From: Nitrosopumilus sp.
GTDB lineage: Archaea > Thermoproteota > Nitrososphaeria > Nitrososphaerales > Nitrosopumilaceae
Direction of reading: 5' to 3'
Assembly (NCBI GenBank): GCA_963662625.1
Contig: OY759726.1
Span: forward strand, 1,504,001 to 1,568,000
Length of the DNA: 64,000 nucleotides
The notes under the pieces were generated by a model, which saw only the letters and a list, made by a program, of their open reading frames with translations, was not told where the DNA came from and searched no databases. Within the stretch, counting starts at the first letter, position 1; the number at the start of each line of letters is the position of its first letter. Of this stretch, positions 50,804 to 59,848 are shown piece by piece. A program made the position numbers and the translations under genes.

Positions 50804-51088
50804 ATGAGCGAAAACAGGGAAAAGATCGAGTTCGAGATGCTGGACTACAGGAGGCTCGAGAACGACTTCGTGGCATTCGAGCTGGAGGACGGGACGGTGG
50901 TCAAGGTCAAGGTCGACCTGGACAGGGTCGGGAAGGCAGTGAACTTTACGAACCCCGACGGCACGCCGCACTACGCGATCAACACGGCGGTCAAGCTCTC
51001 CATAATGCCGCCCGGCAAGAGGTTCACGGTGCACAAGAACTCCGCCAAGGGTAAGAACCCGCACCCCCCGGACCAGATGTTCAGCTAG
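50804..51088 (+). CDS. Conserved hypothetical protein
   Basis: FELEDGTVVKVK...NPDGTPHY with host-like codon usage. Confidence 0.75.
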   Translation: MSENREKIEFEMLDYRRLENDFVAFELEDGTVVKVKVDLDRVGKAVNFTNPDGTPHYAINTAVKLSIMPPGKRFTVHKNSAKGKNPHPPDQMFS

Positions 51089-51106
51089 CCGCGCGGCCGG
51101 CGCCGG

Positions 51107-52216
51107 TCACACGCCCCGGGTCTTGACTATGGTCAGCACGTCCTCGTCCTGGAGCACGTGGTCCAGGCCGACGCGCTGCCCGCCGAACTTGACGCTCTTC
51201 CCCCAGACCATGCCGTACCTGAACTCCCTCCTCATCCTCCTGTGCAGCTTGTTGCAGATGTCCTCCACGCTGTCGCCCTCGCGCGCTATCAGCGGCTCCT
51301 CGTAGTCCGTCTCCCCCCCCTTGGGCCTCATGTACACCCTGATGAAGTTGAGCTTCTCGTAGATCTTCTCCTTGAGCAGGCCTATGTTGGTGTTGGAGTT
51401 CGCCGAGACCTCCACGACGTCGGTCGCCAGCTTCGACCTCAGGTCCTCTAGGAACCCCTCGTCCACCAGGTCGATCTTGTTGAGGACGGTCAGCGCCTTG
51501 GAGTAGCTCACGTTCCCGGCGATGTGGTCCGCCAGCTGCTCCGAGGTGACGTCCTCCCTGATCACCACCCTGGCGCTCACTATCCCGTAAAGGTGCAGGA
51601 TGTCCTTGAGGTGCTTCTCGGTGATCCTCTCCATCCGCGCCTGCTGGGCCACGGCGATCCCGCCCATCGCGGCCTTCTCGATCGTGATGTTCGGGGGCAG
51701 CTGGTTCAGCCTGATCCCTATGTTTCCCAGCTCGGTCACCAGCACGCCCTCGTGGTACGGCTGGAAGACGTCCAGGACCAGCAGCACCAGGTCCGCGCTC
51801 CTGGCCACCGACAGTATCCTCTTGCCCAGGCCCTTCCCGGTGGAGGCGCCCTTGATTATCCCCGGCAGGTCCAGAACCTGTATCCTGGCCCCCTTGTACT
51901 CCATCATGCCTGGCACCACCGTCAGCGTGGTGAACTGGAACGCCCCCACGGCGGACTTTGCGTCCGTCAGCCTGTTGAGCAGCGTCGACTTGCCGACGCT
52001 CGGGAGGCCGATGAACACGACCGTCGCGTCGCCCGACCGCCTCACGTCGAAGCCGTCCGACTTTGCGCCGCCCTTCTTCGCCTCCCTGTCCTCCTGCTCG
52101 CGCTTGAGCTTCGCGATCTTCGCCTTGAGGAGCCCTATGTGGTGCTCCGTGGCCTTGTTCAGCTGCGTCTTCGCCATCTCGTCCTGGATGGCCTTGATCT
52201 TCTCGGGGATCCCCAT
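51107..52216 (-). CDS. DRG/OBG-family GTPase with a TGS domain
   Basis: NKATEHH, GLPSVGKST, FTT, DLPGII, NKID and WGKSVKF. Confidence 0.95.
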   Translation of the reverse strand: MGIPEKIKAIQDEMAKTQLNKATEHHIGLLKAKIAKLKREQEDREAKKGGAKSDGFDVRRSGDATVVFIGLPSVGKSTLLNRLTDAKSAVGAFQFTTLTVVPGMMEYKGARIQVLDLPGIIKGASTGKGLGKRILSVARSADLVLLVLDVFQPYHEGVLVTELGNIGIRLNQLPPNITIEKAAMGGIAVAQQARMERITEKHLKDILHLYGIVSARVVIREDVTSEQLADHIAGNVSYSKALTVLNKIDLVDEGFLEDLRSKLATDVVEVSANSNTNIGLLKEKIYEKLNFIRVYMRPKGGETDYEEPLIAREGDSVEDICNKLHRRMRREFRYGMVWGKSVKFGGQRVGLDHVLQDEDVLTIVKTRGV

Positions 52217-52615
52217 GTCGTCCTCTCCGTATTCGTTTTCCCGTGCGGTATTATTTTTTTTGATTGCCGCGGCCTTCCCAGGAGCGCCCAGCTGGTGCCC
52301 CGGCGGGGGTTCCCGCGGCACCCCGCAGCCAAACACGCGTGACGTGGCGCCTGGCGCGGAGCGCAGAACCCGTGATCCTGCGCACGAAACCGGCCTTGCC
52401 TGCAAGCCAGCGCGGGCATGCGGGGCCCAGTGTCATGCACCCGTTCGCCACAATGCGCCGGATCGCAACGCATCGCCCAAGGACGCGCGCATCGTTCCTG
52501 TGCCTGGCGCGCGCAGGCTCCCTCCGGCAGAGCCCGCCGTACCGTTCCGTTACGTGCATGTTCGCCGCCACGCAGAGCTTCCGGCCCCGCCGGCCAGCCC
52601 CAGCCGTTACGGGAC

Positions 52616-52723
52616 GCGCAGCTGCCGTATTGCCGCACCAGCCATGTGGCCCGTCCACCAGGCTCTGAATCTGGGGTGCTATCCTAATGCGCAGCTGCCG
52701 TATTGCCGCACCAGCCATGTGGC
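52616..52723. repeat. Exact 35-bp direct repeat separated by 38 bp
   Basis: GCGCAGCTGCCGTATTGCCGCACCAGCCATGTGGC at 52616-52650 and 52689-52723. Confidence 0.88.
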
Positions 52724-52952
52724 AGCATGCCGCCCCGGGAATGGCCTTGGACGCCACGTCCCGCACCAGCTCGTCACAGGGGCGTCCGCGCCCCGCAGTG
52801 CCGCTTATCCCCTTGGCCGATCTGGCGCATCACGTCACCTGGCTGCCGTAGGCGGCAGCTGGGATCTGGCCGCGGCGGTTGGAACGATGCCCGGATCCGG
52901 CGCGGACAGGCGCCTCGGATGGGAGATCCGTCCGGCAGCCGCGCAATCCCGC

Positions 52953-54461
52953 TTACGTCAAAAGCAGGAATGCCGAGGCCGGGACTACGTATTCCTGCCT
53001 TGTCTCTAGGCGTGACTTTGAGATAACCAGCCCGCTTTTGGCGCCGGTCTTGCCAAGGAAGCTGGCCAGCCCTGCCATCTCCCTGGGGTTGATCCTCCCC
53101 CTGTATTTCACCTCGATTGGGACCTCCATGCCGTTTACTTTAGACAGGACAAAGTCCACCTCCCTTTTTTTTCGTCCTTCCAGTAGAATACGTGGTTGGA
53201 ATGGTCAAATGTCTGTTTTTTGTCACTCAGTGCAAAGGCCCACCCGTTCAGGTGATCTGCCATGATGCCCTCCACGATCTTGCCCCGGTTGCCCTCATCG
53301 TGGACGTATTCCAAGCTGGCATCAAAGCTGCCATCCGTGCTTATCAGGCCATTGAATATGTGCAAAAAATAGGGGTCGCTAAAGTAGATTTTTCTGTCGC
53401 TTCTCGCCATCGGTATTTTCCTGCCCCCGCCATACCTGCAAATGGTTGACAAGACAAACAAGTCCTTTAGGGCATGCGCATAACCAAGAGCTGTGTTTGG
53501 GCTACCCAGATCTGCCTCTTTGGAAAGGTTATTCCACGACGTATGGCTTCCCTGGCTTTTGATTACGGCCCCGCAAAACTGCTTTAGCATAGTCTCGCTT
53601 TTTGAAAGTGCGTTCCATTCGCCTGTAATCCCCTCCAAATGACTCGTATACAGGCTTTCGCCTATGGCAGGTGCCTTGATCTTTTCGTCTACCACCCTTG
53701 GAGTTCCCCCGGCCAGCATGTATTCTTCCAAGAGTCCGCCTAGTTCATTTTGGCATGCGCAAAAGGTGTCCAAGGTCTCGCCAATTTCCCCGCTCAGCAG
53801 TTTCATGAATATGTCCTTTCTGTGATCCAAGGCAGGCACGTGATTTTCCATAACTAAATCATTGATGTCGCTACTCGCCACCGATGCATACTCTGCAAAC
53901 TTCATCGGGAGTAAAATCTTGTCGTAATTGTCGGCAACCCTGCCCCTGCGGCCTGGCAGTCTTTCTGCGGCATTTCTTATGTTGATTGCCTGTGATCCAG
54001 TGGCCATGACTGTGCAATTTTTTAACTTGTCGCCGTCAATTAGCCACTTGATGCCTTTCTGCCATTCAGGCACTGATGAAACCCACCCAAGAATAGGCAG
54101 CAACGATTATCCTTGCGCTGCCTGGAACTTATTCTCAGGTAGGTTTCAATAACATCAACCACGTCCTGCCGCGTACTGGCTAGATCCAGTGCATAGTATA
54201 GAACGTTCCACGGAGAGACATTCTTGTCCAACAAATCCCCTATCTGCAATTTAACCAGAGTTGTTTTGCCTACTTGCCTTGGGCCACGAAGTGAATACAC
54301 CACAGTATTGGAGGGTTCAAAATCAAAAGTAACATTGTGTTTGAGCCTGGGAATGTATCTTATTGCCGAGTCTCCCCATCCCTTGATTTTCGGGTCATTT
54401 TTTATGCTTGCAGGATCTTTCCACCAAGGATTCGAATCCCGTACTTCCTTTCTCGAGTCAT
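52953..54461 (-). pseudogene. AAA_14/DUF4143-type ATPase-nuclease pseudogene with several frameshifts
   Basis: NPWW and GPRQVGKTT, then ATGS...LPGR, GGTP and KIYFSDP, then VDF...PIEVKY, spread over three frames with breaks near 54085 and at the poly-T near 53165. Confidence 0.85.
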
Positions 54462-54471
54462 ATTTATGTTG

Positions 54472-54562
54472 ACTGAAAGGTTCTTTATATATTGGGCACA
54501 AAACCACTGAAATGTCCTTTATATATTGGTCGCGAACCCACTGAAAGGTCCTTTGTATAATA
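54472..54562. repeat. Three imperfect repeats with a 34-bp period, each holding a TATA-like element
   Basis: ACTGAAAGGTTCTTTATATA (54472), ACTGAAATGTCCTTTATATA (54506) and ACTGAAAGGTCCTTTGTATA (54540). Confidence 0.8.
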
Positions 54563-54678
54563 CGGCCCAAGCGTCCAGCGCCAGTCCAGTGGACACGACT
54601 GGCGCAAGATCGGCCCCGACATCCTTTCGCCCTGCAGTACTTGTTCGGGGCGCATCCGGCACCTTGGCTGATCCCTTT

Positions 54679-55389
54679 TCACGGCCAAGACCTGCGTGGG
54701 TTTGCAATACGTATGCCCCGAGAAGGGTTCCAGCACCCGCGGATTCCCCGGCCGGCCATCACCGGCACTCGCCCTGACTGTTTTGCCACATCTCGGGTTG
54801 TTCTCTGGTGCTTCTGAATGCTGCCAACTGACCTGCGTGGGAGCCGGCGGCCTTTCCCAAACTGTAGCATACGCAAGAGCCCCGCAAGCAGGTTGGTTGG
54901 CAGATCTAGCCATGAACTGGACTTGAGTGATGCCACAAGCCGCTTAAAACTGGCGTAGCCTTGCAGTTTTTCGCAGTCCAGCCTTTCTGCATATCTGGGC
55001 AACTGGTTCTTTGTGTAGTTCTTATGGTGCCTTAGGGCGTCTGATGGTTTCTGGTCACCAAACCGGATGCCTTCTGAATGGCATATCCATTCTTCTATCT
55101 CGTGGTCCAGCAGTACCACTTTGACGAACTCTTTATCCTCGTCTTTAACATGTTTGAGCACTTTCTTCATCTTCTCTTCAAGGCTTTCGCCATCCGCATC
55201 CGCAATCACTATGGCCCGATCCACCTTTCCCACGTTTGCGCTAATCATCCTGCCCATCTTGCTTCCTATTGGACAGCGAATAACGCGTTCCAGCCTGCCG
55301 CCAAGAACCCCCTCGGAATTCTTTTTATGGAAAAACCTTGGAAAAAACACCTGGCCAAAGCAGTCTTCTACCAGAAAACAGAGTTTCAT
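54679..55389 (-). CDS. TOPRIM-like (DUF4276/RloB-like) partner of the upstream ATPase; the last ~80 aa may be read-through
   Basis: FLVED...IADAD...EIEEWI motifs and a 4-bp overlap with the ATPase gene. Confidence 0.6.
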   Translation of the reverse strand: MKLCFLVEDCFGQVFFPRFFHKKNSEGVLGGRLERVIRCPIGSKMGRMISANVGKVDRAIVIADADGESLEEKMKKVLKHVKDEDKEFVKVVLLDHEIEEWICHSEGIRFGDQKPSDALRHHKNYTKNQLPRYAERLDCEKLQGYASFKRLVASLKSSSWLDLPTNLLAGLLRMLQFGKGRRLPRRSVGSIQKHQRTTRDVAKQSGRVPVMAGRGIRGCWNPSRGIRIANPRRSWP

Positions 55390-56681
55390 AACTCACCATA
55401 CAGCCACGATTCGCTAGCAGTAATGCCCTTGCTTTGTAATTCTTTTCTCAGTTCGCCTGGATTTTCAACCTTGCGGCATGTGCTTTCCTCCTTGTTCGTT
55501 TCCAACAGAACCAAGTCGCCAATATCGACATAATCTACGACAAGTGGCGAATGACTCGTGACTATCACGGTGGATTCTGTGTTTTTTAACAAATCCACAA
55601 CGTATTCTATAATCCTCGCGTGCAGTGATGTCTCTATCTCGTCAATCAGAATAATCCTTGGTTTCAGTTCAATGGCTGCAAGAATTGCCAGTAACTTGTA
55701 AAACCCATCGGGTATGGAGGTTGGGGCAAGTGTCATCGTGCCCACATTTACTTCCATTATTATGTTTCCCTCTTGAGTAATTTGGAATGATATCTGCCAG
55801 TTGGGAAACAACGCTTCAAGTGCAAGTGTGAAGATATCAGGAAGCTTACGTTTTTCGTTAAACCATTTGAACAACAAGTTTACCAAACCGTCTCCGTCCT
55901 CATCTAGCTCGTCAGAATAGTTGACGGGAGTTGATTTACGCAGGTAATCATAGTTTAATTGCCTTAGCAGGATGATGTTTCGTGGATCAACCAGATAGCT
56001 TGCAGCTAGCGCATACAGTGATCTAGCAATCCTGTTATTTTTGATGGGGGGTGACGGAAAACTGTACACTTTCAGCTCGTCGCCATCAAACATGCCAGCT
56101 CGTAGCAGAAAAATGGCAGTTTTCCCCATGCGTTCGTGCCACTTTGTGGCGTTGAGAATAGACACGTCGCTGTCATTATGTGGCACCGTGAAGCCTTTTT
56201 CCAAATCAATCGAATCCCTCTCCAGTATTCGCCTAAGCCGTGTTTTTTCGCCAACGGAGTTGACTTCCTTGATGATGGGAGGCTTGAAGTGATAGCCGAC
56301 CTTGTTAACATCAAGCGCCACGTCTAGGTAATCTTCAATCTGTATTCTCTCTTCGAGTATCCCCAACCGGCCGTTGTTTGAGCCCGTTACCGTAAAGTCA
56401 TAAATGACGTTGCGGCCGTCCACAACATAACTGATCTGCGAGTGGATCGTCTCGGATTCGTCACCTCTCCACACTATGTTTCGGTACCCTCCCCAGTCCG
56501 CAAAAGGATATGCGGGAGTCTTTTGCGGCGACACGCATAAATTCACAAATTTAATCAGCTCAAGCACGTTTGTCTTGCCGGACCCGTTTGGCCCAATCAG
56601 CACGTTGAATTGCTTGAGCGGGATCTCGAAATCCTTCAGGCTCTTGAACCTTTTAACCTTGATCTTGGTGAGCGTCTCCAT
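55386..56681 (-). CDS. ABC-type ATPase (AAA_15/AAA_21)
   Basis: FKSL, GPNGSGKTN, PDG, IDEIETSLH and TSHSP. Confidence 0.88.
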   Translation of the reverse strand: METLTKIKVKRFKSLKDFEIPLKQFNVLIGPNGSGKTNVLELIKFVNLCVSPQKTPAYPFADWGGYRNIVWRGDESETIHSQISYVVDGRNVIYDFTVTGSNNGRLGILEERIQIEDYLDVALDVNKVGYHFKPPIIKEVNSVGEKTRLRRILERDSIDLEKGFTVPHNDSDVSILNATKWHERMGKTAIFLLRAGMFDGDELKVYSFPSPPIKNNRIARSLYALAASYLVDPRNIILLRQLNYDYLRKSTPVNYSDELDEDGDGLVNLLFKWFNEKRKLPDIFTLALEALFPNWQISFQITQEGNIIMEVNVGTMTLAPTSIPDGFYKLLAILAAIELKPRIILIDEIETSLHARIIEYVVDLLKNTESTVIVTSHSPLVVDYVDIGDLVLLETNKEESTCRKVENPGELRKELQSKGITASESWLYGEL

Positions 56682-57065
56682 ATTGACAAGCATCCTGATC
56701 TGTTTTCAATATAAATGGAAAACGTCGTTGCCGGCGTTGTAAAGTTTTGTTGATATAAAAAACGCCAGCGTTGCCGGACCGCGCCGTCCGGCAGGCCGGC
56801 CGTGTGCCCGGAAGCCGAGTCCGTGTGCGTGTGCAGGCTGCCGGGGCCGGACGGGGTTGGCAGCCGCGCGCGGGGCCGCCCGCAGTCATTAAATACCGGC
56901 GCGCGCCACTTAACCCATGCCAAGCATGAAATGTACCGCGTGCGGGATCAGCTTCTTCTCGCCCACGGGCTCGGACAGGTGCTCGAGGTGCGTCCCGAAG
57001 GCGGAGCACGCCGGGCACGGCTCCTGCGGCTGCGGCCACGGGCACTGAGCCGGGCCGCCGCGGGG

Positions 57066-58958
57066 TCACATCCTGTCCGGGGCGGATATGCCGAGCAGGC
57101 CCAGCGCCCCCCCGAGCGTGGCCCTGAACGACCCCACCAGGAACAGCCTGGCGTCCTCCAGCTGCGCGTCGCCGGCCCCCAGGACGCGGACCCCCTCGTA
57201 GAACTCGTTGAACGAGACGGCCAGGCCGTGGCAGTACCTGGCAATGACCTTGGGCGACAGGTTCCTCGCGGCGTCGCCCACGTGCATGCCGAACATCCCT
57301 ATGCCCCTGACCAGCCCCAGCTCCGCGGGTTCGGCCAGCAGGGCAAAGTCGGCGTCCTCCGGGGGCGCGCGGCCGGCCTTTTCCATGATGCGGGCCGCCC
57401 TCGCGTTGGCGTACTGCATGTACGACGCGGTGTCCCCCTCGAGGCTCAGCGACCTGGCCAGGTCGAACGTGATCACCTTGTCGAGGTCCTGCCTCACCAT
57501 CTCGTAGCGCAGGGTCCCGACGGACACCTGGTGGGCTATCTCCTCCACCTCCGCGCCGCCCATCCCCGGGTGGCGCCCCGCGGTCTCCTCGGCGGTCCTG
57601 CCCTTCAGCAGGTCGTAGACGGAGTCGGCGTTGACGTACAGGCCCTTCCTGCCGGACATCTGCGCCTGCCTCCCCCGCGTGTCCAGCCCCAGGGTCCTGG
57701 CGGTGTCGGGGCTGAGGGTGACCGACTCGTAGCCCAGGTGGACGTACGCGCCGCCCGGCCTGAACCTGGACATCAGGTCTGCGATGATCTTCTGGAGGCG
57801 CGCCTGCCTGGAGTCTATCACGGTGATCACCCTGTCGCCAGAAAAGCGCGTCGCGCCCCCGCCGGGCCCGCCGCCCCCGCCGAGCGTGGTCTGCCACAGC
57901 GCGCGGCCCCCGGGCTGCCCGCGCTCGTACGGGGCGTACCCGAACGGGTCGTCCAGGACGCCCATCTTCCACGCCGCGTACGGGATGTCCTTTGCGATGT
58001 ACGTGGCGGTGCCGTTGCTCCGGACTATCACCTTGTCCTCCTCGCCGTCCCGGCCGCGGATCACCCAGCACCCGGCGTTCTTGCCGCCCTCCTCCAGCTC
58101 CGCCAGGCCCATCCCCTTTAGCCTCTCGAAGACGCCGCGCCACAGCCCGGAGCGGACTATCTGCGACTCGAAGTTGAGGCAGTCGTACGTCACGCCGAGG
58201 TTCCAGCACGTCTCCAGCTGGCACGCCAGGACCCTCCCCGTCACCCTGCCTGCGAACCGCGCGGTCTCGGACCCCCCGTCCTCGATCTCCTTGAGGGTGT
58301 CCTTCCTGACTGCCTCCAGGCCCGGGTCCTCCACGTACCTCGCGGACGTCCGGACGTAGACGTCGTCGCCGCAGTAGTGGTCGAACTTCTTCCCGTCCGG
58401 GGGCTCCTCGGGGAACCCCAGGTGCCTGAAGCCGATCACGATGTCGGCCACCTGCAGCCCCGAGTCGTCGACGTAGTTCAGGACCTTCACCCTGTAGTTG
58501 GCCTTCCGCAGGATCCTGGCCACGGTGTCCCCCACCACGATGTTCCTGACGTGGCCTATGTGGAGGGCCTTGTTGGGGTTGACGCTGGTGTGCTCCACCA
58601 CCACGGGTGAGCCGCCCCCCAGGTCGACGTCCCCGAACCCGTCGAGGCGAGACCCCCGCAGGATCAGCCCGCAGAGCCTGCCCCAGTCGGCCCGAAAGTT
58701 GACATAGCCCGAGTCGTGCGGCTCGGCCCCCGCCACCAGGGGGCCGGCGCGCCCGCGGTACCTGGCCGCGATCTCCCGGGCCACCTCCCCGGGGCCCTTC
58801 CCGAGGCGCTTGGCCAGCAGGAACGCCGCGTTGCAGCTCGCGTCGCCGAACCCCGGCCTCGAGGGCGACACCGAGAAGCCGGCGTCCCCGGCCCCCATGC
58901 CTGCCAGGACCTCCCTGACGCCGCCCTCGATCTCGTCGAGGAACGCCTGGAACGTCAC
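57066..58958 (-). CDS. argS: Arginine--tRNA ligase
   Basis: EHTSVNPNKALHIGHVRN, MSGRKG, YMQYANAR and C-terminal APDRM. The GTG start overlaps the upstream stop. Confidence 0.96.
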   Translation of the reverse strand: MTFQAFLDEIEGGVREVLAGMGAGDAGFSVSPSRPGFGDASCNAAFLLAKRLGKGPGEVAREIAARYRGRAGPLVAGAEPHDSGYVNFRADWGRLCGLILRGSRLDGFGDVDLGGGSPVVVEHTSVNPNKALHIGHVRNIVVGDTVARILRKANYRVKVLNYVDDSGLQVADIVIGFRHLGFPEEPPDGKKFDHYCGDDVYVRTSARYVEDPGLEAVRKDTLKEIEDGGSETARFAGRVTGRVLACQLETCWNLGVTYDCLNFESQIVRSGLWRGVFERLKGMGLAELEEGGKNAGCWVIRGRDGEEDKVIVRSNGTATYIAKDIPYAAWKMGVLDDPFGYAPYERGQPGGRALWQTTLGGGGGPGGGATRFSGDRVITVIDSRQARLQKIIADLMSRFRPGGAYVHLGYESVTLSPDTARTLGLDTRGRQAQMSGRKGLYVNADSVYDLLKGRTAEETAGRHPGMGGAEVEEIAHQVSVGTLRYEMVRQDLDKVITFDLARSLSLEGDTASYMQYANARAARIMEKAGRAPPEDADFALLAEPAELGLVRGIGMFGMHVGDAARNLSPKVIARYCHGLAVSFNEFYEGVRVLGAGDAQLEDARLFLVGSFRATLGGALGLLGISAPDRM

Positions 58959-59653
58959 CCCCTGCCGCCCCCGAGCGACGGCGCCAGCTCGTCGAGCGCC
59001 TCGAGCACCCCGTCCCCCGCGCCGGCGGAGACTGCCATGGTGGCCTCGGACCGCACCCCGCCTGGCGCGTTTCCCAGGGCCACGCTGGTGCCCGCCGCCC
59101 TGAACAGCGGGACGTCCGTGGCGCTGTCCCCGATGGCGATGACGTCCTCCTCCCGTATGGACATCCTCCCCATCAGCTCCCTGAGGCCCGCCCCCTTGTC
59201 TATCCCGCGCGAGTTGATGTGGTACGCGTACCGGCTGTCGGACAGCGCGACGTCCAGGCCCCTCTCCCGGGCCAGGTCCCGGGCCAGGTCCAGGTCGAAC
59301 GTGCGCTGCAGCACGACCTCGGTCATCCTGGGGAACACCGGCTTCTCGACGACCCCGTCGATCCCGGCCCGGATGATCTCCAGCGCGTCCCTGCACTCCT
59401 TCATGTCGCCGAGCAGGACGTGCTCGTTGGCGCCCAGCGTGATGCACCCGCCGTTCTCGCCCACGGCGGCCTTGGTCGTGCCCCCGAAGACGGACAGCAG
59501 GAACCCCTCGACCGACGACCGCCCCGTGACGAAGATCACGTTGTGCCCCGAGTCGGCCAGGTGGCGCAGCGCGGCCAGCGCCCCCAGGTGGATGCGCCCC
59601 CCGCCGTTCTCCGTGATCGTCCCGTCGATGTCCACCGCGAACGTCTTTGCCAT
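58955..59653 (-). CDS. Phosphoglycolate phosphatase, archaeal HAD type
   Basis: DIDGTIT, VTGR, ENGG, DKG and GDSATD. Confidence 0.9.
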   Translation of the reverse strand: MAKTFAVDIDGTITENGGGRIHLGALAALRHLADSGHNVIFVTGRSSVEGFLLSVFGGTTKAAVGENGGCITLGANEHVLLGDMKECRDALEIIRAGIDGVVEKPVFPRMTEVVLQRTFDLDLARDLARERGLDVALSDSRYAYHINSRGIDKGAGLRELMGRMSIREEDVIAIGDSATDVPLFRAAGTSVALGNAPGGVRSEATMAVSAGAGDGVLEALDELAPSLGGGRG

Positions 59654-59848
59654 GATCCGGTACCCAGGAGCCGAATAATATTTGCTACGCATGCCGCCGG
59701 CAGCGTGCGCCAGGCGGGCGCGGCGCCGCCCCGGCGCAAACCCAGATCCCAGTTGGATTCATGCCTACTGGGGCAACGGCCACGCTGATTTTGTGCCTAT
59801 GGCGCCATGGGATCTGAGCATGCACGTAGGGCCTACCCATTAAATTTT

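Noticed and set aside
52616-52723. CRISPR array
   Set aside because: Only two repeats, no third copy at the 73-bp period, and no cas genes or AT-rich leader.
32124-59678. Long antisense or alternate-frame ORFs (e.g. 34290-36335, 42185-44500, 44766-46631, 48603-50780, 56653-58224)
   Set aside because: They are shadow ORFs opposite or overlapping well-supported high-GC genes.
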